From Nemertoderma westbladi (lineage: Eukaryota; Animalia; Xenacoelomorpha), in NCBI GenBank assembly GCA_032718475.1, contig JAUCBJ010008748.1, forward strand, positions 1-64,000: a stretch of DNA of 64,000 nt, given 5' to 3'. This document shows, piece after piece, positions 24,801 through 37,923 of this stretch. The notes beneath the pieces are model-generated. The model saw only the letters and a program-made list of their open reading frames with translations. It ran no database searches and was not told where the DNA came from. How positions within the stretch are numbered: position 1 is the first letter of the stretch; every line of letters begins with the position of its first letter. The position numbers were made by a program, and so were the translations under genes.

Positions 24801-25673
24801 GACTATAATATCACGGAGCGACAAACTCTAGACATATACATCATCGTCGCTCTGATGTATATCGTAGGTTTTGATCAATCATTCGACTGGACTCATATAC
24901 ACTAGTCGTATCCATATTTTAGAGTTTTATTTTCGAAGGCCGAAAAATATTGAAAGGAAATACTTTTATTTTATAGTCCGTTGGAAATATGATTTTGAGC
25001 CTATACTATATTTGATTTTGTGTATATGACTTTATTTGCTCTAAAGTTTATTGAAAGAGGCAAAGGAAGTGATTGGGGAGACAAACCCGCGGGTTTGGCT
25101 TACTCCTTTCACTTACCTGAGCAATCATCAAACCAAGATGATTTGCGTTTTTTATAAGAAATTAAGTAAAGTCCGAAAATGAAAGAAATTATTACGTATT
25201 TTATATTTAATTTGATTATCGGCCTTTAATGCAATTTAGTTAAAAATTTAGCCTCAAATACGTTTATATTTAGTTTATCTTGTTAATGTTGATCGTTAAT
25301 TTGAGATGGGAAATGGGGGACATTGTCCTAGCCATGTTCCATTTCAATAGGTAGACAGTCAATTTGTAAATAAATAAAGGAAGTAATATTTTGTAAATTT
25401 AATTTTGTATGTAGTAATCATTATGTAGAACGAACGAGAAACAATATTTTGTAAATTTAATTTGTATGTAGTAATCGTTAAACAGTGAGAGAGATAATAT
25501 TTGGTAAATTTAATTTGTATGCAATTCATTATGCAATATCTATAGCAATATTTTGTAAATAGTAGGATTTATAGTATCAAGTATTTAGATTATTTGAAAG
25601 GAAATTTATTTTGTTTGTATACATCACCATATACTCTTCTACAATTGGAGGGAAACATTGTATGATTTCCCTT

Positions 25674-25680
25674 GGAGCGG
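25674..25680 (+). other. BEL-A polypurine tract (GGAGCGG)
   Basis: Directly abuts TGTTAC of the 3' LTR; preceded by hairpin AGGGAAA...TTTCCCT (25649-25672). Confidence 0.75.
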
Positions 25681-27846
25681 TGTTACGGTATATGGCGCTG
25701 TATACATTATTAGCCATTATACAGTATAATATATTGGTCCATTATGCAGTATAATATATTAGTCCGTTATACTGTACGCAATATTAGTCCGTTGTGCAGC
25801 ATAATATTTTAGATAAGGCATAATAGCGCAGTGATATTTAGATAGGGAAATCAAAACGCCCATATATTTTGAATTCATCCATTTTGTATAGTATGTAGCC
25901 CTACCTACGTAATTTTGTATTAGGATATAAGTAGATAGTTCCAGGGTAGCAAGTTCAGTCGGACCCTGGATTTTGTGCTTGCTGTTATTAGCTTCAATAG
26001 GGCTAGCATATAGGGACGCTGTCCTGGCCATTCAGCAGCCAGGGACATGATCCATTACCATATATGGTAATAATTTGAGGGTTGGGGAGCAATAGGGCTA
26101 CAATCCGGCCTTCTTATTGGACTAAATGCCTCCAGGTTGGTCTAATGCTAGCGCGGACTGGAGAGCCAATAGGAGAGCGATTGCATCACCCTATTGCATC
26201 ACCCCACTCGGATCACCTATAAATTGGCGGTTTGCCGGTAGAGCTGTACCAACTCTATTACCTCAGAGTACAATTTGTGCGTATTTTCTGCTTTTGATTA
26301 ATTTTCTTGAAATGATTTGCAAATTTATAATTTCTGTTTGATTCTTGTTGTGTTTCTCAATTAATCTCAAGATTACTGCTAATTACATCATGGAACTGTG
26401 ATTTCTACCCTTTTGTTAATGGTTCTATGTAATCTCTTTCGACGCAATAATCCTACGGGATTTCTGAGACTGTCAGACTTGTGATTTGCATGCGTCGCTA
26501 CGGTAGCTATTTATCTTGATGGAAGGCTAAGGTACCGGTAGGCGGTGGGCACATCGGGGGGTTGGGCGACTAAGGGAGAGCGGAGGATTCAAAGGCGGGC
26601 AACGCTGGCGGGGGGCCACTGTTGCGGTCGGGCAATTTGCGTTGTAGCGGGCAGACCATCTGCTGGTACGGCAATTAGGGGGCTGATGATCCAGGTCTTG
26701 TCTCTATTTAGTATTAGGGGGGCAGGAATTGGGTTAGTTAGGAAGCTTAGACGTACTGGGGAGAGGCCTGGGTGCTTTACAATAGCGGATAGCGAATTGC
26801 ATGGCAAATTATATGATTGCGGATTGTATAATTGCAAGTTGTACATTGTGATCTGTGATTGCTGACGCTGATTGGTGTGTTACTGAAGTGTGCCTATGAT
26901 TACGAATGCTTAGGTAGGTGCCCCTTTTCTTTGATTGATTTCTATTTCTTAGTTTACGATAAATGATTACTGATTAGGTCCAAGTAATACAGTATTTTAG
27001 ACTATTACTAGTGAAACCTGTTGTGTAATAAATTAGAATTACGCATTCTGGAACTCTTAGTAATTAGTACGCTGTTACATATTTGTGACTGTAATTAATT
27101 AGTGAAATTAAGAATTAGTACGCAGCATAGCGGAGAGTAGCTAGGTAATAATTTAGAGTACCGTAAACTATTCATGCTGAGCGGTTATTTGCATTAGCGG
27201 GCAATAAGCTAGATCACAGTAGTCAGTACGCAACTCGCATTAGTAAATTGCTGGCCTAAAGCCAGCCACAGGCAAATTTAGACCCGGAGTGGTACTGCCC
27301 ACGAAAGACATTGTACCGTACCATTTTTGATTATTTTAAATATTCTCGCATTCACACATTCCGTTAGGGAACCCTCAGTATTCGCGATTAGAAGAGACGT
27401 AGGCATTGGCGTACTTCAATAGTAGTAAAATTAGGCGTAAGAATATACTCTGAGTGCAAAGCCTCTCGCACTCGTCTTAAGTAAGCTTAGGGAGCCGACT
27501 CGGGTTTATTGTTTTGGTTATTCCCGCGTGGCTCATAGATTCGAACAGTTAGCTCTCTATCGAGCGATCGGTAGAGAAAGGAACAAGCGATTTGCAGGAG
27601 CCGTGTAAATTTAGTAAAATATATTAGCGGACGGCAGATTAGCGCCATCCAACGGTAAGTAGCGGTTTTGTATTTAGCAGCCCTACAATTTAGTAATAGC
27701 ACGCTCCTGATTGCCTTTATTTAACAGTAGAGCAGTCTTTGTGTCTTATTGGTTAGGCGGGAATTTATTAGGTTGGCAGAGAAGTATACCCGTACTTGCC
27801 TGTTCAACAGTTCTGCTGTTAGTATAGGTGACGCGGTTTTTTAACA
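25681..27846 (+). repeat. BEL-A 3' LTR (2166 bp)
   Basis: Direct repeat of 12122-14286, followed by TSD CCGGC. Confidence 0.97.
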
Positions 27847-27912
27847 CCGGCACAGCATTCTTAAAAATGCAGCTGCAATGCAGCATGCCGATCCTAGTAG
27901 TAGTAGTAGTAG
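27847..27912 (+). mobile_element. 3' end of the RTE LINE split by BEL-A, with (TAG)n tail
   Basis: Matches the uninterrupted RTE 3' end at 30360-30430. Confidence 0.92.
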
Positions 27913-29639
27913 TATTATTTTACCAATTATTTAATATGTTTGATAGAATTGAACAACACCGCCCAACACAACCAACTCTCTATCCGCCTCGAGCATCGAG
28001 AATACGAGAAACTCGATCGAAATACCTGCTTATCCCAGTAGTATCCGTCCGTAGTCACCGGACCGCTGCGGTTTACTCCTGTAGAACAGTAGAATTCCCG
28101 CAGCTTCCGACCCAATTCGACAACGAATTCGCTTCACACTTTCGCGTCACAGAGAACGTAATCCAGTGCGATAACGTCTGCCCAATGTTCAACCATTTCC
28201 CCCAGGCGATCCCAGGATCCGGGCCGCCGCTAAACCCAGATCGCAATCCTCGTCGTTTCGTCCAGTCATCGACGTAAGTCAGTAAGTGGGACTCTTCCCA
28301 CCGCACTCCAAGGTGGGTGACCGGAGTGAGGCATGAGGAACTTGGCTGTGGCCCGCATTACGATCTGACCGACCGCCGTATTCCCAGTGTCTGAGTGTAG
28401 TAAATACCCAAATAGAATCGTACTGACAAACAAGCAATTCCGTAGTATTCCCCCGTTAATCACCTCTTGAAGCAACTCGGCTGCTCGGGTCCAGATACAT
28501 CGGACTGTCGGGAGCGTTTCAGACAGAAATGGAGCGGCATTTGCGAATATTTCCAATGATTTTATAATAAATAAGGGGATTCAACAGTTCAATCCTAAAA
28601 CAAATGGATTATTCCTAACCCCACCCCAATACAGCAATATACCTAACAGTATATAGCTTAGGTACCACAGTCTGACAGTACCATAATCAGCACAGTCAGC
28701 CTATGCTAATTTCACAGCAAAGTCCTTGTCATGGCCTGTGTGTAGTACCTGTGTGTGTGTGGGTGGTACCTACGGTGCGCACTACAACGGCAGTACAGTA
28801 ATACGGTGTACCGTGCCAATGACTGAATGATTAGCGGTAACTATCTAAACTATTATATTATTATTACCGGTGCCGGTACTGGGCTAATTAGGCCTAAACT
28901 ATAATCACCGCAAGGGTTGCCGTTGCCGGGGCCATGTTTAATTAGATTACATGATATGGCATGTCTGCAGTGTATGGTACCGGCTGACCAGTATTGCAGT
29001 ATTGACTGATTGCAGGATTCTCGATTCAGCGATTGAGTACAGCCTGACAGTACCGGTACACATGGTACATGCAGAATTGCAAAATTTGTCAGAAACCCAG
29101 CTGATTTATCCTACAGTAATAATAATTTGACGCATTTTAAATTTGGATAAATAAATTTATTATAACTGCAATAACAGTTACACTGATGCTGCACGAATGC
29201 CCCATGCAAATTCTACTTGGAAAATTTTCAAACTTTTGCCAAGCAACATGTGTACCAAGTTTGGATAGATTTCATCAAGGATTGGCCGAGTTATTAACGT
29301 TTAAAATAAAATACTGAAAAAAAACGCGACAGAACGACAGGTTGATTAATGGTACCACTACGCTAAGGCTCACTCACTTCGTGGCTCGCCCCACAGTGAC
29401 CTGGGCACGGAACTTGGATTATGATCTACTGAAGGAATAATATATTCTATCGGATATTGTGTGAAAGTATTAATATATTGTGTGGTATTATAAATATATA
29501 CTTTATTAGATTAGTGATAGTATTAGTATAACCTTATTATTTTAGAACATTTCTCGGCGAACTTTAAACTTACTGTAAGTTTAATTAACTGAAATATGGT
29601 ATCCCCCTGAGTTCTTTAAAGTACAACGTACAAGTACAA

Positions 29640-30430
29640 GTCAACGGCTCCTCAGCTCATTGGAACATGCTGATTCCAGTGTTGGTCTTTTTTAACTCAA
29701 AAAGTACCAATATTCTGACAGTTAACTTCGACAGTAGTCCTCAGGATATGCCTCATTGTTTGAGCATAAGCTCAAAGCATTGAATGTGATTGAACATGAA
29801 GAACTTCTGTTATCTGGGAACATGGATCCTGAAGTCAGGTGAGGACCTTCGCATACGTAAGGGAAAGGAATAGGCAGCAATGAATTGGCTTTCAGGGGTT
29901 TGGAAGTCACACAGAATTCATCGGAAACGTAAGGTCCGATTATTTAGAGCAGCAGTAGTTCCAGTACTCCTCTATGGGAGTCCATTCTGGGCTCTAACTG
30001 CTGAGGACACCAAATCTTTGGATGGCACATTCACAATGATGCTACGCCGGGTTAATTGTGTCAAGTACAATGCAAACATCTCCAACCAGACACTATATAA
30101 CATTGGAGGTGTCTCATTGTTTCCCCCAAGCTTGACACTAGAAAAAAGTCGCCTCCGCTTTGCAGGACCTTGCTTTCGGCGAGAGGACCAGCCAGTGCAT
30201 AATCTTGTACTTTGGCAGCCTCATGGAGTGAATAAGCATGGTGGACAGCCCATGACTTTCTTGAGACGCATCTTAAAGGACACTGGCCTTAAAGATGCGG
30301 ATGATCTAGCAAATGTCATGGGTGATAGGGAGTTGTGGCGGTGCAATTTTGTTGACAAGCCGGCACAGCATTCTTAAAAATGCAGCTGCAATGCAGCATG
30401 CCGATCATAGTAGTAGTAGTAGTAGTAGTA
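29640..30430 (+). mobile_element. RTE LINE 3' fragment with (TAG)n tail
   Basis: High similarity to 11400-12121; ORF 29880-30377 (VLLYGS, RLRFAG, LVLWQP). Confidence 0.9.
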
Positions 30431-33400
30431 ATGACGTTGGAAGTGTGAATACTGAGGCCAAGTCGTGGGTTTTTGGAACTTTTTTGGTTTATGACGCAGC
30501 GTCATCGTGTATTGTTACCAAGCTAGCAATTTTGAGAACGCATTTCACCTGACATGGCTGGCTACAGCCGTGTCAGGGAGTCCGCCGCCGTAGTCTAAGA
30601 TCGAAGTGATAAAATTGTTATAGATTATCAACATTCGAATACAATAAATTATAAATTAATGTGTAAATTTACACAGTGTCGTGCGGGCGCACAGGCAAAC
30701 ACAAAAGCAAAACATCAGGGCGTACCAGGGTGAAATTTGGGTGGAAACTTTAATTAACAGAAAGATGGTATCCCCCCTGAGTACTTTAAAGTACAACGTA
30801 CAAGGACAAGTCGACGGCTCCTCAGCTCATTGGAACAGGCTCATTCCAGTGTTGGTCTTTTTAACTCAAAATGTACCAATATTCTGACAGTTAACTTCGA
30901 CAGTAGTCCTCAGGATATGCCTCATTGTTTGAGCATAAGCTCAACGGATTGAATATGATTGAACATGAACAACTTCTGTTATCTGGGAACATGGATCCTG
31001 AAGTCAGGTGAGGACCTTCGCATACGTAAGGGAAAGGAATAGGCAGCAATGAATTGGCTTTCAAGGGTTTGGAAGTCACACAAAATTCATCGGAAACGTA
31101 AGGTCAGATTATTTAGAGCAGCAGTAGTTCCAGTACTCCTCTATGGGATTCCATGCTGGGCTCTAACTGCTGAGGACACCAAATCTTTGGATGGCACATT
31201 CACAAGGATGCTACGCCGGGTTAATTGTGTCAAGTACAATGCAAACATCTCCAACCAGACACTATATAGCATTGGAGGTGTCTCATTGTTTCCCCCAAGC
31301 TGGACACTAGAACTAAGCCGCCTCCGCTTTGCAGGACATTGCTTTCGACATGAAGACCAGATAGTGCATAATCTTGTATTTTGGCAGCCTCATGGAGTGA
31401 ATAAGCAGGGTGGACAGCCCATGACTTTCTTGAGACGCATCTTAAATGAAAATCACGTGGGGATGATCTAGCAAATGTCATGGGTGATAGGGAGTTGTGG
31501 AGGCGCAATTTTGCCGACAAGCATGCACAGCATTCTTAAAAATGCAGCATTGTATAACATTGGACGATTCAATGGCAAATGCCATTGAATATTTAATGCC
31601 GATTTTTAAATTTTAATGGCAAAACTGAGCTTCACAAACATTGATAATATACAATTGCTTTGATCGGTTGTGGCACATAGACGCAGTGTTAAATCACTAA
31701 CCTTGTAGTAAAGGACATATCTCCCATGTTGCAATCCCGCCTCGTTGCATATATTGACCCACCGAAACTTCCAAGAAAAACAAAGGATCCCCACCAAAAA
31801 TTAGGAAAATGAAATATGGAATGAGAAAGGCGCCTGAAAATATAAACTATTAACACATTGGTGGTGTCTCATTGGTTCTCCCTAGCTTGACACTTCCACA
31901 AAGCCGCCTCCGCTTTGCAGGATATCACTTTCTCCATGAGGACAAACCTAAGCACAACCTTGTGATTTGGCTGCCCCATATGGGGAAGTAAACCACCTAT
32001 TCTAAAATAGTTGTAATGACATAACAATGATAAACACATTACTTAGAATTATTATTTCGGTAATAATAACACTTCAATTTAACAAATAAATTACTTAATT
32101 AATGTACAATAAATATATTAATTTATTGTCCTTCCCATCTCTAGATATAGTTTATCGACGTCACAGGTAGCATTCACCCGTTAAGTAAGTGATTTTAGAA
32201 CGAGCGATAGATACCTGTAAGGCGTACTTTATTAATTGCCAAATAAAATAATATATTTAAGAGAAAATTTATTTGAATTTTTGTTTTTTTAAGAAGATAT
32301 ATATAATGTAGTTGTATATACTTTACACAGGCAAATTCCAAAATTAGTTGTTTTTTTAGAGACCTTTTTATTATTTTTAAATTCCATCACCTAACATTCA
32401 AAAAGAAAGTAGATAGTCCTAGTCTATTTCAGCATTCAGTGTCAGATAGGTAATCTTCTGAGTCTTTAGGTAAATACATCGGCATTGTGGTTGGAGGGAT
32501 TCCGCCATGGTGGTCTATGGTCATAGTCTGAAATAATAACATTGTCGTGTAATAAACCAACAGAGGAAACACATTTCAAACACAAGAAATAAAATAAAAC
32601 TAAACTAGAAAGCCATCAAGATGGCTTTAAAAGAAACTGCCTTTTGGGTCTCAGAATAAGCGCTAACTTTACCGAGTGCCAAACTCTTATAATAATAGAT
32701 ACGCATCCACTCGATCTGTGAATTCGAGGGACCATGTTTATCTTTAAGTGAAACCAATTTTTGTGATAATTCTGGTGATAATTAGGAGCCCGCTTCGCTT
32801 GACAGCGGGATACTTACTGTAATAATCTCAGGGATACTTTCTGTAAAAATCTCAGGATACATTACACTGACTGACTGACTGACATACTGACTGATAATTA
32901 TCTAGGTTAAGGCACTTCCTGCCTGGCGATTTTGATGAAATTTTGCAAGTACATTGCTTTGGTGGTTCATAATCGCGTTACAAAATTTCAGATCGATTCT
33001 ATGTGTGGTATTCGATATATTTAGTTTTTTGACATTGTTTTATCGCGAAATTAAAAGCAATGGTAAAATAACAGCTGGTGTTCATGATGAAATATGGCTT
33101 AATATGTTATACACAGTCATAGAAAAACGTGTTGGTTGCCAAGTTTTACTAGTAGGCTATAAGGAAAGGCAATGTTTACTCACACATATGCTGTTGGTTT
33201 CTAATGTATTACCCCATAAGCTGATTGCTCTCCCAGTGCTTCCTAAGGGTATATCTACAATAAGATTACTCACTCTGCTATGTTAGGGGGTGGATCAGGA
33301 GAATGAATTTTAGTTACACAAAGCAGTGTGTTGTGTCCTATTGCAGTCGATACTCACTGTGGATTGCAAAATGTTTTATAGTTGACCTACACTATAATAC

Positions 33401-34571
33401 AGTAGTTGCATGTATTTAAGGAGCCCGCTCTGGCCTACCGCCTAAGGAGTACCTATATTACATATTCACATAGAATTCACTGGGAAGAGATATTCCGCTT
33501 GACGACGGGGTAATACCTATAGAAGGAAACTAAATTTGTTATTTGGCTCTATTCATTGTTATTTATCTGGTTGTGCATCATGGGCATTTTTTATAAATAT
33601 TCGGTAATCGCATCTTATATCTTGTAAACGTTCTTGATAATGAAATTATTTGCTTCATATTATATTTTTGTTAGTGGTAGCTAAGTTGCATTTTTTATTA
33701 TTTTGGGCGAGCCACAAAGTCAGCTAGCCTCACGCCTTGCAGTTTAGACAATTTTAGTTTACTTACTGCTCACTGACATAGTTCTTTGTAATAGTCTTGG
33801 CTAGGATTTTTCCCCCGGGCTCCTTCCAGCCAGCTTGCTGGCTTTCTAGTTAATTGTCATTTATAATGGTTGCTAGATAGAAACATTCTAACAAGGAACT
33901 AAAATATTAAAACGTTATTCCTTTTTGTCGTTTCAGTTGGTTTTTATCGGAAGTTTATTGATTATAAAACAATATTATTAATTAATCTATATCTTTCAAA
34001 TTTACTACTACTACTACTACTATACTACTACTAGGATCGGCATGCTGCATTGCAGCTGCATTTTTAAGAATGATGTGCCGGCTTGTCGACAAAATTGCGC
34101 CGCCACAACTCCCTATCACCATGACATTTGATCGATCATCCGCAACTTCAAGGCCAGTTTCCTTTAAGATGCGTCTCAAGAAAGTCATGGGCTGTCCAGG
34201 TCCACCATGCTTATTCACTACATGAGGCTGCCAAAGTACAAGATTTAATGCACTGGCTGCTCCTCACGGCGAAAGCAATGTCCTGCAAAGCGGAGGCGAT
34301 ATTGTTCTAGTGTCAAGCTTGGGGGAACCAATGAGACACCTATGTTATCGGATAAATAATGTCATATTTATTAAGACAACAAAAAAGTACAGGTCAGGCT
34401 ATAGAAGCAATTTATATGATCTTTTCTTCTAGTAAAATAAAGTTTTTGTTTACATAAGGTTCACATTACGTACGCTAAATAAGAAAATAAATATTATTCT
34501 AAACACCGTAAAAGCCCCACAATGGAGGAAAAAAATTGGATACTGATTATTAAATCTTGCAATGTAACAGT
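30431..34571. repeat. Segmental duplication copy 1 (partner 40663-43842); RTE fragments at 30810-31548 (+), 31855-31980 (+) and 34003-34342 (-)
   Basis: Colinear from ATGACGTTGGAAGTGTGAATACTG to AAATCTTGCAA(T/C)GTAACAGT; this copy has extra sequence at ~32786-33880. Confidence 0.9.
32784..33510. mobile_element. Insertion with non-autonomous Helentron-like hallmarks
   Basis: Absent from the partner copy; AGGAGCCCGCT at both ends (~32785, ~33419), CCCGCT...AGCGGG hairpin, (ACTG)n microsatellite at ~32865-32893. Confidence 0.45.
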
Positions 34572-34599
34572 AACGAGAAACAATTCAAATAAATATAAA

Positions 34600-35012
34600 T
34601 ACTACTGTTTGTATAGAATACCAAGTTATTGATACACATTAATAATTACATTAATAATAATTACTGCTGTATGTATAGAATACCAAGTTATTGATACACA
34701 TTAATAATAATTACTGCTGTATGTATAGAATACCAAGTTATTGATACACATTAATAATAATTACTGCTGTATGTATAGAATACCAAGTTATTGATACACA
34801 TTAATAATAATTACTGCTGTATGTATAGAATACCAAGTTATTGATACACATTAATAATAATTACTGCTGTATGTATAGAATACCAAGTTATTGATACACA
34901 TTAATAATAATTACTGCTGTATAGAATACCAAGTTATTGATACACATTAATAATAATTACTGCTGTATGTATAGAATACCAAGTTATTGATACACATTAA
35001 TAATAATTACTG
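34600..35012. repeat. 50-bp minisatellite, about 8 copies
   Basis: Unit TACCAAGTTATTGATACACATTAATAATAATTACTGCTGTATGTATAGAA. Confidence 0.96.
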
Positions 35013-35627
35013 CCAACTACCAAATTAATTAAAACTGAAAGTAAACCATTACAGAGAAGGAGTAAATCAACAAATCACATTAATTTATCTTTTGAACGGT
35101 GTATCACAATTTTTACATTTTATAAATCACGAGATATTCAAAATTAAAATGAGTGGAAATGAAATTTAAGGCCTTTAATCAAAATCAGTTGAGATACTCG
35201 TTCGTGGGGCCTTCGCGCAGCATGAGAGCTTATATTAGAAAGTACATTATACTAAAATCTCTTTCATATATACGAAAAAAATATGAGCAAAGGCGAAGCC
35301 TCAGTTTGTGATAAACTAGTTGTAAAAAGATAGATCCATTTCAGTTTGCCCTTATAAACTTTAACTGTCATTTGTAAACCTTCTAACTAGGGCTATTTAA
35401 GTTAAGTAGGACATTTTTAGTTTTACAATACTCTTCTCCTTCATTAGCCTTGTTGCGCTCGTCCTGTTTTGTCTTAAAATAATTTTCCTAAAGGGAGACT
35501 AAAGACCTTTATAACTATTTAACTTTAACTATAAAAACCTTTCTAACTCGAAACCGTGAGAGTGATTTATGCTGATTTTGGCAGATGTATACTCGTATCC
35601 ACTGTACACTCGTTGCGTTCGTCGCGT

Positions 35628-35712
35628 TGACGACGACGACAACGACGACGACGACGATGACGCCGACAACGACGATGACGACGACGACGACGAAAAAACA
35701 AACAAACAAACA
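35628..35712. repeat. Imperfect (GAC)n plus (AAAC)n microsatellite
   Basis: Read directly from the sequence. Confidence 0.9.
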
Positions 35713-35792
35713 ACAGCCAAACAGCAGTGACCATCTATAGCTGTCTTTACAGTAATAAATTAATTAATGGGCCTACTTGTGAGAGAGGTATA

Positions 35793-37244
35793 AGGGGTAA
35801 CGAGGTGCCCTGAATCGAGTGGCGGGGTGTGTTTTAAATAAAATCACGAGGAAACGTTCGAAATGGTTGGTTTAAAAGCGCGGGAAGTCAAAATGATTTT
35901 GAAAAACGGCTGTGATTAGCTTCTACATATTTGACGTCACTACACAGTGCTCAGACAATTTCTTATATTGTTTTCTATGGAGGGTGATTTTGGATCCATT
36001 CAAATATACATTTAATCTCAATCATTTCATCACATGTGAAAACAGAGTGTCTTGCGCGTATTTTAGCACTACAATTAATTAAATTCATGATGATGAAAAT
36101 AATATTGATAAAATGAATCAATTCACAATTATAAACTCGCAGTTTGCCTGACCGGTATGCAAATAGTACTGAACCACTCAGCCCTATCCACCTATTGCAT
36201 TGCAGTATCTTAGTATTGCTGTATTGCAGCTTTAAGTTCATTAAGTTGAAATGTGTACCGGTCACCAGTAGCGTAAGAGTTGTACAGCGGTAGGTTTACT
36301 CAACGTTATGAACTTAGGCAACAATAAAGCAATAGGCCTACTCCGATACTGCAATGCAATAGGTGGCTAGGGCTGAGTTGATTAGTTCTTGCATACAGGG
36401 TCAGGCAATCTACCAAGTGTGCAAAATTGCAAACAGTATTATTTATAATTGTTTGTAGTGTTAAAAGACGCGCTTGACTCTCCGATTTCAATTGATATAA
36501 GCCAGGTGAGAAATGATTGTAGAGCGAAACATATCAAATTATTGATGAACTTGTAGTGACCTAACATCACGAATTATTGGGTCAACATGAGAGCGGGATA
36601 TTCAAACACTACTGTACTGCTGTACGATATACAGCTTACTGCGCTGTCAGATCAGTTATCATATCTGCATATGCAATTATATCTGTTATCAATGCTATAA
36701 CTAATTATTAATGAACGATCATTAAAAACTCATTAATTGACAATCATTAAACTCTAAACTTTAAACATTAAATATTGTTGAATGACCTTTAGTCAGTCAG
36801 CCTTTGCTTAAACTTTTGTGACGACTGGTATATATTATAGTTACATAGATATAACTTATGTAATCAATTTTGTAATATTAATTATACAATTTGTAAATTA
36901 AACATTTGTCTAAAGCTAAAATTATATTTCGAATTTATTTCACATATTGTTTTCTTAATTAATCTTAATCAATTGACTTTATTGTGCACAAAAATTATTG
37001 AACCTTACAAAGATGTAGATTAAATGTGTATTTAAATCGATCGAAAATCAACCCATAGAAAACTATATAAGAAATTATCTGAGCACAGCTAAGTGACGTG
37101 ATGTCAAATATGTAACAGCCAATCACAGCCGATTTTCAAAATTGGCTTCCCAGGCTTACTTAAACCCGCCATTTCGACCGATTCTTCATGTTTTTACAAA
37201 AATCACACACGCCGCCACTCGATTCAGGGCACCTTGTCACCCCT
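35793..37244. mobile_element. Non-autonomous DNA transposon with ~220-bp imperfect TIRs; superfamily uncertain
   Basis: AGGGGTAACGAGGTGCCCTGAATCGAGTGGCGG ... CCGCCACTCGATTCAGGGCACCTTGTCACCCCT; TA on both flanks; inverted similarity extends to ~36018 / ~37018. Confidence 0.85.
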
Positions 37245-37923
37245 TATTCGATTGTTTCTAGCCAGCCCAACAATTTCTTCGCGCACCAACCCTATTGATA
37301 CCCTTGATCATCCGGACGTGACCGGACAATTGCCGATTTTATTAGTTGTAGTTAGTGGATCGGCCCATATTAAACCTAATCCATCATGTCTGTCCCCTTC
37401 CATACTACTACACTTGTACCGAAAGTCTAATATCTATAATATTACAAGTTTACAAGTTTACAAAGTTTACAAAATTACAAGTAGTCCAAGTAAAATTTTC
37501 GGCTAATTGTTTTAATACAATGTTCAATACAGGTTTTCTGGTGCGTAAAATTCATTGTAAGATATTTAGAAATAATCTGATTTGTATAAATGGCTGTTTT
37601 AGTCCTCTACGTAGGCAAAAAATGAAAAAAACAGGTATCCAGCACTTTTCAGTTTGAACACAAAATTATTTATTCACTTATACGATGCTATAAATTCCAA
37701 TTTTTAGGTTTTCTGGGGCGCTGATTCTAATGGAAACATTTCTCATTTTCCAGAGCATTACTACTCCTATTTTTCGGTGTAATATGGTAAATTTTGTTTC
37801 TAGCACCATATTTCGTACCCATCACCAAAAATGTACACGATTGAGATGTCCAGTGCGGTTTTTATTGATTCCATCGGATTAACGACCCTCATAAACCCGT
37901 ATAACGCAAGAAACAAGATGATA

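Larger units (their letters stand above)
12122..27846 (+). mobile_element. Full-length BEL/Pao LTR retrotransposon (BEL-A), 15,725 bp
   Basis: Paired TGTTA...TAACA LTRs; 5-bp TSD CCGGC at 12117-12121 and 27847-27851; gag-PR-RT-RH-IN order. Confidence 0.98.

Noticed and set aside
35515-35720. Poly-Val and poly-Ser ORFs
   Set aside because: Translation artefacts of the (GAC)n microsatellite.
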